Source: Acidimicrobiia bacterium (GTDB lineage Bacteria > Actinomycetota > Acidimicrobiia > IMCC26256 > BP-133). Taken from it: a stretch of 64,000 nucleotides of DNA. Shown here piece by piece: positions 10,121-18,948 of the stretch. The notes below the pieces were generated by a model. It was not told the origin of the DNA. It worked only from the letters and a program-made list of their open reading frames with translations, and made no database searches. The position numbers and the translations under genes were made by a program. The stretch's first letter is position 1. Every line of letters starts with the position of its first letter. The stretch spans positions 20,365 to 84,364 of the forward strand of contig JBIOUX010000167.1 of assembly GCA_044867425.1 (NCBI GenBank). Reading direction: 5' to 3'.

Positions 10121-11449
10121 ATGTCCACTCCTGCCCGTCCGCCGGGGACGACCTTCTTCATCGAAACCCTGGGCTGTCCCAAGAACGCCGTCGACTCCGA
10201 CAAGGTGGCGGCCACGCTCTTGGCCGACGGCCTGCGGCCGGCGGAAACCGCCGGCGACGCCGACCTGGTGGTGGTCAATACGTGCGCCTTCGTGGAGGCG
10301 GCGCGGGCCGAGTCGATCGAGACGGTGCTCGCCCTGGCCCGGGCCCGGCGGCCGGGGGCGCAGCTGGTGGTGACGGGCTGCCTGGCCGAGCGCCACGGCG
10401 CCGAGCTGGCCGCCGCCCTGCCCGAGGCCGATGCCGTGATCGGCTTCGCCGGGGAAGGGTCGATCTCGGAGGTCGTCGTGCGCCGGCCGCCCCGGGGCGG
10501 TCCCCGTGACCTGCTGGAGCTGCCCCGGCCGGCGCCGTCGGCGCCCTGGGCCTACGTCAAGGTGGCCGAGGGCTGCGACCGGACGTGCGCCTTCTGCGCC
10601 ATCCCGTCGTTCCGGGGGAAGCAGCGCTCGCGCTCCCCGGAAGCCATCGAGGCCGAGGCCCGGGCGCTGGTGGCCGGAGGGGCCCGGGAGCTCGTCCTGG
10701 TGGCGCAGGACCTGGCCTGGTACGGCCGGGACACCGGCGAGCCCGGAGCGCTGACCCCCCTGCTGGTGCGGCTGGACCGGCTCTCGGCCGAAGGCCTCGT
10801 CCGCCTCCGGCTCCTCTACCTGTACCCGTCCCAGGTGCGGGATCCGCTGGTGGCGACCATGCTCGAGCTGCCCACGGTCGTGCCCTACTTCGACCTGTCC
10901 CTCCAGCACGCCGCCCCCGGTCTCCTGCGGCGCATGCAGCGGTGGGGGAGCGGCGAGCGCTTCGCCACCATCATCGACGGCATCCGGAGCCAGGAGCCGG
11001 CGGCCGCCTTCCGGTCGTCCTTCATCGTCGGGTTTCCCGGCGAGACCGAGGACGACCACGAGGAGCTGTGCGCCTTCCTGGAGGCGGCGGGGCTCGACTG
11101 GGCCGGCTTCTTCCCGTTCTCGTCCGAGGAGGGCACGCCGGCGGCCACCATGGACGGGACCGTCCCGGCCGAGGTCGTGTCCGAGCGGCTGTCCGAGCTG
11201 GGCGAGATCCAGGACCGCATCACCCAGGCCGGACGTGACGCTTTGGTGGGGGAGAGGGTCGAAGTGCTGGTGGACAGGGGGGACGAGGGGCGCACCCACC
11301 GGGAGGCGCCGGAGATCGACGGTGTCGTGCGCCTGAGCGGGCGGCGCCGCTTCGACCCCGGCAGTGTGGTGGAGGCCGAGGTGACCGAGGCGATCGGTCC
11401 TGACCTGGTGGCGGCTCCGGTGCGGGGCCGCCTCCCCCGGGCCGGCTGA
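10121..11449 (+). CDS. rimO: Ribosomal protein S12 methylthiotransferase RimO
   Basis: LGCPKNAVDS, VVNTCAFV, radical-SAM CDRTCAFC, APEIDG; precedes pgsA. Confidence 0.92.
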   Translation: MSTPARPPGTTFFIETLGCPKNAVDSDKVAATLLADGLRPAETAGDADLVVVNTCAFVEAARAESIETVLALARARRPGAQLVVTGCLAERHGAELAAALPEADAVIGFAGEGSISEVVVRRPPRGGPRDLLELPRPAPSAPWAYVKVAEGCDRTCAFCAIPSFRGKQRSRSPEAIEAEARALVAGGARELVLVAQDLAWYGRDTGEPGALTPLLVRLDRLSAEGLVRLRLLYLYPSQVRDPLVATMLELPTVVPYFDLSLQHAAPGLLRRMQRWGSGERFATIIDGIRSQEPAAAFRSSFIVGFPGETEDDHEELCAFLEAAGLDWAGFFPFSSEEGTPAATMDGTVPAEVVSERLSELGEIQDRITQAGRDALVGERVEVLVDRGDEGRTHREAPEIDGVVRLSGRRRFDPGSVVEAEVTEAIGPDLVAAPVRGRLPRAG

Positions 11450-12051
11450 TGAGCACCGTGCCGGGGGGGACCTCGGGCTCGTCGGCGGTGCCGGGGTTCC
11501 GTTTCGGTCCCAGCGCGCTCCTCACGCCGGCGAACTTCGTCACCGTCTTGCGCTTCGCCCTCACCCTTCCCCTGCTGGCCGTGATCTCGGCTGAAGGTGC
11601 GTCGTGGCGGGCCTGGGTGGGCTGGTGCATCCTCGGCTCGACCGACGGGCTCGACGGCTGGCTGGCCCGGCGGGACGGCACCACCCGCTCCGGGGCTTTC
11701 CTGGACCCGCTGGCCGACAAGTTCCTGGCCATCGGCGGTCTCGTCGCCCTTGCCGCCCAGGAGGTCTTCCCCTGGCTGGCGGTGGTCTTGATCGCCACCA
11801 GAGAGGTGACCGTGTCCGGCTACCGCACCTGGGCCGGGCGCCAGGGTGTGTGCATCCCCGCCCGGCGCCTGGGCAAGTTCAAGACCGTGTTCCAGCTGGT
11901 GGCGGTAGGGGTGGCGCTGTGTCCGTTGACTGACTCGCCGCCCTGGATGGCGCTGGCCGTCCTCTGGGTGGCGGTGGGGCTCACCCTGGTGTCGGGCCTC
12001 GACCTGCTCCGGAATCTCGGCCCAGCTGAGGCGGGACCGAAACCGAGGTGA
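11449..12051 (+). CDS. pgsA: CDP-alcohol phosphatidyltransferase (PgsA family)
   Basis: PANFVT, TDGLDGWLARR..GAFLDPLADK motif; TGATG overlap with rimO. Confidence 0.9.
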   Translation: MSTVPGGTSGSSAVPGFRFGPSALLTPANFVTVLRFALTLPLLAVISAEGASWRAWVGWCILGSTDGLDGWLARRDGTTRSGAFLDPLADKFLAIGGLVALAAQEVFPWLAVVLIATREVTVSGYRTWAGRQGVCIPARRLGKFKTVFQLVAVGVALCPLTDSPPWMALAVLWVAVGLTLVSGLDLLRNLGPAEAGPKPR

Positions 12052-13295
12052 GGTGTGACGTCCTGGCCGTGGGCACGGAGCTGCTCCTCGGCCAGCTGGT
12101 CGACACCAACAGCGCCTGGATCGGCGAGCAGCTGGCGGCGGTGGGCATCGACAGCCACCTGCACGTCGTGGTGGGCGACAACCAGGACCGCGTGGTGGAG
12201 ACCATGGGCTGGCTCCTGGCCCAGAGCGACGCCCTTCTCGTGTGCGGTGGGCTCGGCCCCACGCCCGACGACCTGACCCGGGAGGCCATCGCTGAGGTGA
12301 TGGGGGTCGGGCTGGTGCGCCACGAGCACCTGGTCGACCACATCCGGGAGCTGTTCATGAGCCGGGGCCGTCCCATGTCGCCGTCCAACGAGCGCCAGGC
12401 CGACGTTCCCGAGGGGGGCCGGGCCATCGACAATCCCCTGGGCACCGCGCCGGGGCTGGCCTGTCCGGTGGACGGGAAGGTCATCTACGCCGTGCCCGGG
12501 GTGCCCTACGAGATGCAGGCCATGGTCACCGACGACGTCATCCCCGACCTGCTGGCCCGGGCCGGGGAGCGGGCCACCATCGTGTCCCGGTCCCTGCGGA
12601 CGTGGGGCTCGGCGGAGTCGACGCTGGCCGAGCGCATCGCCGGCCGGGTCGACGCCCAGACGAACCCCACCATCGCCTTCCTGGCCCGGGGCATCGAGGG
12701 GCTCTACGTCCGCATCACGGCCAAGGCCGCCAGCGAAGCCGAGGCCCGCAAGCTGATCGAGGCGGAGGAAGCGGAGCTGCGGGCCGTCCTGGGCGACCTG
12801 GTCTTCGGGGTTGACGAGGAGACCATGGAGGCCGTCGTGCTTGGCCTGCTCCGGGAACGGGGCTGGACCCTGGCCGTGGCCGAGTCCGTCACCGGCGGGC
12901 TGGTCAGCGCCCGCCTGGTCGACGCCCCCGGCGCCAGCGACACCTTCCGCGGCGGGCTGGTGACCTACGCCACCGACGTCAAGCGCCCGGTGCTGGGGGT
13001 GACCGCGGAGAAGGTGGTGAGCGGGGAGTGCGCCATCCAGATGGCCGAGGGGATCCGCCGCGTGATGGGCGCCGACGTCGGCCTGGGCGTGACCGGCGTG
13101 GCCGGGCCCACCGAGCAGGACGGGGAGCCGGTGGGCACGGTGTGGTTCGGGGTGGCGCTTCCCGGCATGGCGCCCGAGGCCGTCCGGGGCCGGTTGCCCG
13201 GCGACCGGGAGCGGGTCCGGCAGTTCTCCACCATCTCGCTGCTCAATCTGCTGCGCCTCCGGCTCCTGGCCCGGGAGGGCAGCGGACTCCTCTGA
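12048..13295 (+). CDS. cinA: Competence/damage-inducible protein CinA (molybdopterin-binding + NMN deamidase domains)
   Basis: VGTELLLG..DTN, GGLGPTPDDLTRE, AVAESVTGG, TGVAGP. Confidence 0.93.
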   Translation: MRCDVLAVGTELLLGQLVDTNSAWIGEQLAAVGIDSHLHVVVGDNQDRVVETMGWLLAQSDALLVCGGLGPTPDDLTREAIAEVMGVGLVRHEHLVDHIRELFMSRGRPMSPSNERQADVPEGGRAIDNPLGTAPGLACPVDGKVIYAVPGVPYEMQAMVTDDVIPDLLARAGERATIVSRSLRTWGSAESTLAERIAGRVDAQTNPTIAFLARGIEGLYVRITAKAASEAEARKLIEAEEAELRAVLGDLVFGVDEETMEAVVLGLLRERGWTLAVAESVTGGLVSARLVDAPGASDTFRGGLVTYATDVKRPVLGVTAEKVVSGECAIQMAEGIRRVMGADVGLGVTGVAGPTEQDGEPVGTVWFGVALPGMAPEAVRGRLPGDRERVRQFSTISLLNLLRLRLLAREGSGLL

Positions 13296-13352
13296 TGGCT
13301 CTTCGCCTGGCGGCTCATCGCGATGCGGCCGGGGACCCCAGCCCCGGCCGCC
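13295..13352 (+). repeat. 58-bp junction repeat R58, copy 1
   Basis: ATGGCTCTTCGCCTGGCGGCTCATCGC...GCGGCCGGGGACCCCAGCCCCGGCCGCC; near-identical at 25602 and 29751. Confidence 0.9.
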
Positions 13353-13374
13353 CGGTCCAGCGGCCGCACCGGCT

Positions 13375-14016
13375 GTGACCAGGCGGCCCGGCCGGCCGGC
13401 CTACCGGCCCGGGGCGCCCAGCCGGGCGCGCTCCGCCTCAGAGCGGAGGGGGCCGCCGCCCGAGGTGGGCCGGGCCTTCGTGGCCGTCCGGCCGCCCGAC
13501 GCGGTCCTGGAGGCGATCGAGGCGACGCTCGCCCCCGCCCGGAAGGCGATGGTCGGGCCCCGCTGGGCGGGCCGGGACCAGTGGCACGTGACCCTGCAGT
13601 TCCTCGGCCCGGTGGCCACCCTGGCGCCGGTGGTCGAGGGGTTGGGAGCGGCCGTGGCCAGCCTTGCACCCTTCAGGTTCCAGCTGGGTGGATCGGGCGC
13701 CTTCCCCAACCCGCGGCGGGCCCGGGTCGTCTGGATCGGATCCGAGGAAGGCGCGGGCCCGATGGCCGGCCTGGCCGGCGCCGTGACTGGTGTGCTGGCC
13801 CCGCTGGGCTATGAGGCCGAGACCCGTCCCTTCCGCTCCCACCTCACCGTGGCCCGCCTGCGGGACCCGGGCGACGTCACGCCCGTCCTGGCCACCCTGG
13901 GGGACGGCGTCGTCGGGGAGGCGTGGACCGTCGAGGAGATCGTGCTCTACCAGAGCCGCCTGTCGCCGTCGGGCTCGCAGTACAGCGTGCTGGCCCGGTT
14001 CCCCCTCGGCATCTGA
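13375..14016 (+). CDS. thpR: RNA 2',3'-cyclic phosphodiesterase (2H family); true start may be GTG near 13465
   Basis: Two HxT motifs (WHVTLQFLG, SHLTVAR), RAFVAV N-terminus. Confidence 0.85.
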   Translation: MTRRPGRPAYRPGAPSRARSASERRGPPPEVGRAFVAVRPPDAVLEAIEATLAPARKAMVGPRWAGRDQWHVTLQFLGPVATLAPVVEGLGAAVASLAPFRFQLGGSGAFPNPRRARVVWIGSEEGAGPMAGLAGAVTGVLAPLGYEAETRPFRSHLTVARLRDPGDVTPVLATLGDGVVGEAWTVEEIVLYQSRLSPSGSQYSVLARFPLGI

Positions 14017-14087
14017 ACGGGCACCGGAGCAGTTGCCGTCCCGACAGCTGGTGCTTACCGTTTGCCTCGAGGGAGAGGGGGTGGCGG

Positions 14088-15170
14088 ATGGGCGACATGC
14101 GGCTCACTCGTCGTCAGGTGCTGGGGGCGGGAGCGGCGGCGCCGCTCTCCTTGATGCTGGCCCGGATGGGACTGGACGGGGCCGTGGCGCGGGCGTCAGC
14201 GGCCAGCGCCGCCAATCCCGCCGACCTGAGTCTGGTCGAGCTGCTGCCCCGGCTTGAACGCAGGGAGCTCTCGGCCCGGGAGCTGGTGGAGGCCTGCATC
14301 GCCCGGGTTGAGCGTCTCGACCCCACCATCAAGGCCTTCGAGCGACCGACCTTCGATCTGGCCCGGGCCGGAGCGGCGGCGGCCGATGAGGCGCGCGCCG
14401 CCGGCCGGCCGGTGGGGCCACTGGCGGGCGTGCCCATCGGCCTGAAGGACACGTACTACACCAAGGGCATCCCCACCACGGCCAGCTCCCGGGTGCTGGA
14501 GGATTTCGTCCCCGAGTTCGACGCCACGGTGTGGGCCCGGCTGCAGCAGGCGGGCATGGTGCTGCTCGGCAAGCTGAGCAGCACGGAGTTCGCCTACGGC
14601 ACCAACAGCCCGCCGACGGTGAACCCCTGGGACACCGACCTGAGTCCGGGCGGCAGCTCGGGCGGGTCGGGGGCGGCGCTGGCGGCCCGGATGCTGCCCG
14701 CCGCCCTGGGCGGGGACACGGGCGCCTCCATCCGGGTCCCGGCGGCCTGCTGCGGGGTTTCGGGAGTCAAGCCGACCTACGGCCGATGCTCCCGCCACGG
14801 GGGGATCGTCCTCGCCTGGTCGTTGGACACCGTCGGGCCCATGACCCGGCGGATGGCCGACTCGGCCGTGCTGCTCTCGATCATGGCCGGCGCCGACCCG
14901 GCCGATCCGACCGCCCTGACCGCCCCCGTGCCTGCGTATCCGACTGTGGCGCCGCCCGACCTGGCCGGCGTCCGGGTCGGCATCCCCGACCGGTTCTTCT
15001 GGGAGGACGTCGACGCCGACATCGCCCGGGTCTGCCACGAGGGGGTGGCCCGGCTGGTGGAGATGGGCGCCGAGGTGGTCGATTTCCCGGTGCCGGCGTC
15101 GACCGACGCCGTCCTCGGCCGGGGGCCACAGCCCTACGGAGCGGCCACGCTCTATGACGGTGGAGGCTGA
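14088..15170 (+). CDS. Tat-exported amidase-signature enzyme, N-terminal part of a split gene
   Basis: LTRRQVL twin-arginine signal; GLKD, PGGSSGGSGAA, GGDTGASIRVPA catalytic motifs; stops before the C-terminal region. Confidence 0.8.
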   Translation: MGDMRLTRRQVLGAGAAAPLSLMLARMGLDGAVARASAASAANPADLSLVELLPRLERRELSARELVEACIARVERLDPTIKAFERPTFDLARAGAAAADEARAAGRPVGPLAGVPIGLKDTYYTKGIPTTASSRVLEDFVPEFDATVWARLQQAGMVLLGKLSSTEFAYGTNSPPTVNPWDTDLSPGGSSGGSGAALAARMLPAALGGDTGASIRVPAACCGVSGVKPTYGRCSRHGGIVLAWSLDTVGPMTRRMADSAVLLSIMAGADPADPTALTAPVPAYPTVAPPDLAGVRVGIPDRFFWEDVDADIARVCHEGVARLVEMGAEVVDFPVPASTDAVLGRGPQPYGAATLYDGGG

Positions 15171-15172
15171 GC

Positions 15173-15655
15173 GTGTACGAGACCGTCGTGGTGGCCGAGG
15201 CGACCAGCTACCACCGCCGCCTGGCCGAGGAGCGGGGCCACCTCTATTCCCCCGAGGTGCTGGCGAACATCAAGTTCGGGGAGACGGTCTCGGCCCCGGA
15301 CTACATCGACGGTCAGCGGTTGCGCTCGACGTGGACGAGGGAGTGCACCGAGGCGTTCGCCGCCCACCGGCTCGATGTGGTGGCCAACCCGGTGGTGCCG
15401 GCTCCGTCCACACGCCAGACGCCGTCGCAGAGCTTCATCTTCGGGCCCTCCTTCAACCTCACCAAGCCCTGGAACCTGAACGGGTTCCCTGCCCTGTCCG
15501 TACCGGTGGGACTCGACGGCCGGGGCCTCCCCGTCGGGCTACAGCTCGCGGCCCTGCCGCTCGAGGAGGCCCGGCTCCTGTCGATCGCCATCGCCCTCGA
15601 CGAGGAGGTCGGCTTCTTCAACCAGAAGCCCCCGATCCTGGAGGGAGTCGAATGA
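15173..15655 (+). CDS. Amidase C-terminal part (different frame from 14088..15170)
   Basis: NLNGFPALSVPVG..GLPVGLQL..EEARLLSIA; GGAGG 6 nt upstream of GTG. Confidence 0.75.
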   Translation: MYETVVVAEATSYHRRLAEERGHLYSPEVLANIKFGETVSAPDYIDGQRLRSTWTRECTEAFAAHRLDVVANPVVPAPSTRQTPSQSFIFGPSFNLTKPWNLNGFPALSVPVGLDGRGLPVGLQLAALPLEEARLLSIAIALDEEVGFFNQKPPILEGVE

Positions 15656-15858
15656 GTCCGCAGACTCCGGCCCAGCCTGCGTCGCCGGGATCGTCGTCGG
15701 GGCCGGGGGACCGGCCCGGCATCCCCCTCGAGACCGAGCCGTTCGTGTTCTTCCATCCCCTCGTCGCCGGGCACGCGACGCCCGGGCCGGTGCAGCCGGC
15801 GCCGGGCCTTCCCCTGCTGGAAGAGGAGCCTTCGGCCTGGCCTGAGCTTCCCGGCTGA
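15652..15858 (+). CDS. Possible small Pro-rich protein (68 aa)
   Basis: ATGA overlap with the amidase stop; no family recognised. Confidence 0.3.
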   Translation: MSPQTPAQPASPGSSSGPGDRPGIPLETEPFVFFHPLVAGHATPGPVQPAPGLPLLEEEPSAWPELPG

Positions 15859-15941
15859 GACGGCCCGGCTGAGGACGGCCGTCGCGGGCGCCGGCGGCCG
15901 AGGGCGGATCCCGGAGGGTTGAAACGCGGCATTCCTTGTGC

Positions 15942-15955
15942 CGAACAGCTGTTCG
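15942..15955. promoter_or_regulatory. LexA (SOS) box upstream of recA
   Basis: Perfect palindrome CGAACAGCTGTTCG matching Gram-positive GAAC-N4-GTTC, ~120 bp before recA start. Confidence 0.88.
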
Positions 15956-16072
15956 TTCTAGGATTTCTTCCAACGGTGGAATTCCACGGGTGTAAATTGT
16001 CACACCCCGTCGGTACGCTGCCCCGGACGAGCTTCCCCCGCTGAATGATCGCCAAGTCCAGGAGGATGCGCA

Positions 16073-18184
16073 GTGGAGCGTGACAAGGCCCTCGAGATGG
16101 CTCTGGGTCAGATCGAGAAGCAGTTCGGCAAAGGTTCGATCATGAGGATGGGCGAGAACGCCCACATGCGGGTGGAGACGATCTCGACGGGAGCCCTCTC
16201 ACTCGATGTGGCCCTCGGGGTGGGAGGGCTCCCGCGGGGCCGGATCGTGGAGATCTACGGTCCGGAGTCCTCGGGCAAGTCCACGCTGGCCATGCACGTG
16301 GTGGCCGAGGCGCAGCGCAACGGCGGGGCCTGCGCCTACATCGACGCCGAGCACGCCATGGACCCGGTCTACGCCAAGGCCATCGGCGTCGACATCGACG
16401 AGCTGCTCATCTCCCAGCCCGACACCGGGGAGCAGGCCCTCGAGATCGCCGACATGCTCATCCGCTCCGGCAGCCTCGACGTGATCGTCATCGACTCGGT
16501 GGCGGCCCTCGTACCCCGGGCCGAGATCGAGGGCGAGATGGGCGACACCCACGTCGGCCTCCAGGCCCGGCTGATGAGCCAGGCGCTGCGGAAGCTGACC
16601 GCCAACCTCAACAAGTCCGACACCATCGCCATCTTCATCAACCAGCTCCGGGAAAAGATCGGGGTCATGTTTGGATGCATGTCATACGGCACCAGAGTGA
16701 CGCTGGCCGATGGCACCCAGGAGAAGATCGGCAAGATCGTCAACCAGAAGCTCGCGGTCGAGGTGCTCTCCTACGACCGTGTTCTCGACGCGGTCGTACC
16801 CAAGAAGGTCGTGAACTGGTTCGACAACGGCCGGACGGATCGGTTCCTCAAGTTCACCGTGGCGAAGCCGGGCGGAAACGGCCGGGCCCAGTTCGCATGT
16901 ACGCCCAACCATCAGGTCCGCACTCCTGGAGGCTGGCGTGAAGCTGCGGAACTGTCCGTTGGTGACCGGGTACTCCAGGCCGTGCCGCACTACCTCTCGG
17001 GTTTTCAATGGGACGTGCTGCTCGGCGGTCTCATGGGTGACGGTGCCCTGTCCCCGACGCGCAGCGGTCACGGCGCCCGCTACCGGTTCGGACACGGCGC
17101 CAGGCAGGTTGAGTACGGGGACTGGAAGGCCTCCCTCTTCGCCAATGTCGGCGTGTCCCGGAGCACCAACAGCAACGGTGCGACCTTTTACGACCTGCGT
17201 CCCCTACCGGAGTTGGCCGGTCTGAGGGACGCCGTCTATGTCGGGAAGAAGAAGGTGTTCAGCGAGGACTATCTCAAGCTGCTCACACCGCTCTCGCTTG
17301 CTATCTGGTACATGGACGATGGTTGCTTCTCGCTGCGGGCGAAGGGTTTGCAGGAGCGGACACGGGAGGGAAGTGGACGGTCCGAGATCTGCATCGAGGC
17401 CATGCATCCGGCGACGAGGTCAAGCCTCGTCGCGCACCTTGGCGACACCTGGGATCTTCATCCCACGCTGATCTCCCGCCGAGACAAGGCCGTGCTCGTC
17501 TTCCCGAAGGATGAGACGGCGAAGCTCCATGCTCTCATCGCACCCTTCGTGCATCCGTCGATGGAATACAAGCTCCTTCCGCGCTATCGAGGGCGGTTCA
17601 ACGTCACTCCGACCTTTGCTCGAATGCGGTGCGAACTTGTGCCAATGCCGATCACGGCTGCCGGCCGGAAGCCGCCGACTCGGAGCATGCACCGTTTCGA
17701 CATCGAGGTGGAGGGGTCGCACAACTACTTCGTTGACGGAGTGATGGTGCACAACTCACCGGAGACGACGCCTGGCGGCCGGGCGCTCAAGTTCTACTCG
17801 TCGGTCCGGCTCGACATCCGCCGTATCGAGAGCATCAAGGACGGCATGGAGGTCGTCGGAAACAAGACCCGTGTGAAGGTCGTCAAGAACAAGGTAAGTC
17901 CTCCTTTCAAAAGTTGTGAGATGGACATCATGTACGGCAAGGGGATCAGCCGAGAGGGGTCGGTCCTGGACCTTGGCGTCGACCTCGGCATCCTGAAGAA
18001 GTCGGGCGCCTGGTACACCTACGAGGGCGAGCAGCTGGGGCAGGGACGGGAGAAGGCCAAGGAGTTCCTGGCCGAGAGCCCCGAGCTCATGGTCGACATC
18101 ACCGAGAAGATCCTGCGGAAAGCGGGTATTGGCGCAGTCGACGAAGAAGTAGCTGAGGAGGCTACTGAGGTGGCCGAGGCATAG
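16073..18184 (+). CDS. recA: RecA precursor containing one intein
   Basis: [39 protein letters not shown]|intein|[20 protein letters not shown]. Confidence 0.97.
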   Translation: MERDKALEMALGQIEKQFGKGSIMRMGENAHMRVETISTGALSLDVALGVGGLPRGRIVEIYGPESSGKSTLAMHVVAEAQRNGGACAYIDAEHAMDPVYAKAIGVDIDELLISQPDTGEQALEIADMLIRSGSLDVIVIDSVAALVPRAEIEGEMGDTHVGLQARLMSQALRKLTANLNKSDTIAIFINQLREKIGVMFGCMSYGTRVTLADGTQEKIGKIVNQKLAVEVLSYDRVLDAVVPKKVVNWFDNGRTDRFLKFTVAKPGGNGRAQFACTPNHQVRTPGGWREAAELSVGDRVLQAVPHYLSGFQWDVLLGGLMGDGALSPTRSGHGARYRFGHGARQVEYGDWKASLFANVGVSRSTNSNGATFYDLRPLPELAGLRDAVYVGKKKVFSEDYLKLLTPLSLAIWYMDDGCFSLRAKGLQERTREGSGRSEICIEAMHPATRSSLVAHLGDTWDLHPTLISRRDKAVLVFPKDETAKLHALIAPFVHPSMEYKLLPRYRGRFNVTPTFARMRCELVPMPITAAGRKPPTRSMHRFDIEVEGSHNYFVDGVMVHNSPETTPGGRALKFYSSVRLDIRRIESIKDGMEVVGNKTRVKVVKNKVSPPFKSCEMDIMYGKGISREGSVLDLGVDLGILKKSGAWYTYEGEQLGQGREKAKEFLAESPELMVDITEKILRKAGIGAVDEEVAEEATEVAEA
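16676..17755 (+). mobile_element. RecA intein with LAGLIDADG homing endonuclease (360 aa), M. leprae-type insertion site
   Basis: Starts CMSYGTRV, ends VMVHN followed by Ser; LLGGLMGDG and AIWYMDDG blocks; less GC3-biased codons. Confidence 0.93.
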
Positions 18185-18187
18185 ACC

Positions 18188-18228
18188 TGGGCGGCCCCGG
18201 GGATCCCACCCGCCCCCGGGGCCGCCCA
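18188..18228 (+). terminator. Hairpin after recA
   Basis: 15-bp stem TGGGCGGCCCCGGGG / CCCCGGGGCCGCCCA, 11-nt loop, followed by TT. Confidence 0.65.
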
Positions 18229-18534
18229 TTCACACTCCGCGGGGACTCTCCAACCACGGGCACCAGGGAACCGGGTCGGCCGGCGTCGTGGAACGGTGGT
18301 TTGCACGTTTTTCTTCCGTGACGCGTGGAAAAGACTGTTAAGGCCCGGTAAATGCTGGTCCCCGCGGTCAACGAGTGCGTGTTACCATTCGGTAACTCTC
18401 CTAGTATTGATGTGGCTCGGAGGGCCCTCGAAGGTTGACGGAGAGGGGTTGACGGGTGACGGACGGAGAGTAAGGTTTGGTCGAAGAGCTGGGCGGAAGG
18501 CCCTGCTCTGCTCCCCATAGGAAGGGCTCGGCCC

Positions 18535-18864
18535 ATGGATGTCCTGAAGGTGTCCTCCAGGTCCAACCCCAATTCGGTGGCTGGTGCACTGGCGGGGGTA
18601 GTCCGTCAGATGGGCAGTGTGGAGGTACAGGTGATCGGGGCCGGCGCCCTGAACCAGGCGATCAAAGCCATTGCCATCGCCCGGGGATATGTGGCGCCGT
18701 CGGGAATCGATTTGGTGTGCATCCCGACCTTCGCTGACGTTGAGATCGCAGGCGAGGGTCGCACCGCCATCCGCCTCTCGGTGGAGAACCGCAGCCGGGT
18801 TCCCGTCCAGGTCCAGTCGCCGGGGGCAACGGTCCCCGTCGACATGTCCCGCTTGTCAGTCTGA
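18535..18864 (+). CDS. spoVS: Stage V sporulation protein S family (Alba-like fold)
   Basis: MDVLKVSSRSNPNSVAGALAG..IGAGALNQAIKAIAIARG..PTFADVEI. Confidence 0.88.
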   Translation: MDVLKVSSRSNPNSVAGALAGVVRQMGSVEVQVIGAGALNQAIKAIAIARGYVAPSGIDLVCIPTFADVEIAGEGRTAIRLSVENRSRVPVQVQSPGATVPVDMSRLSV

Positions 18865-18948
18865 GCCCGCCGGCCCCCGGGCCGGCCGAGGTTCGCGGCG
18901 ACGCGCCCTCCGGGGCGCGTCTGCGCGTCCGGAGGCAAGCACCCGCCG

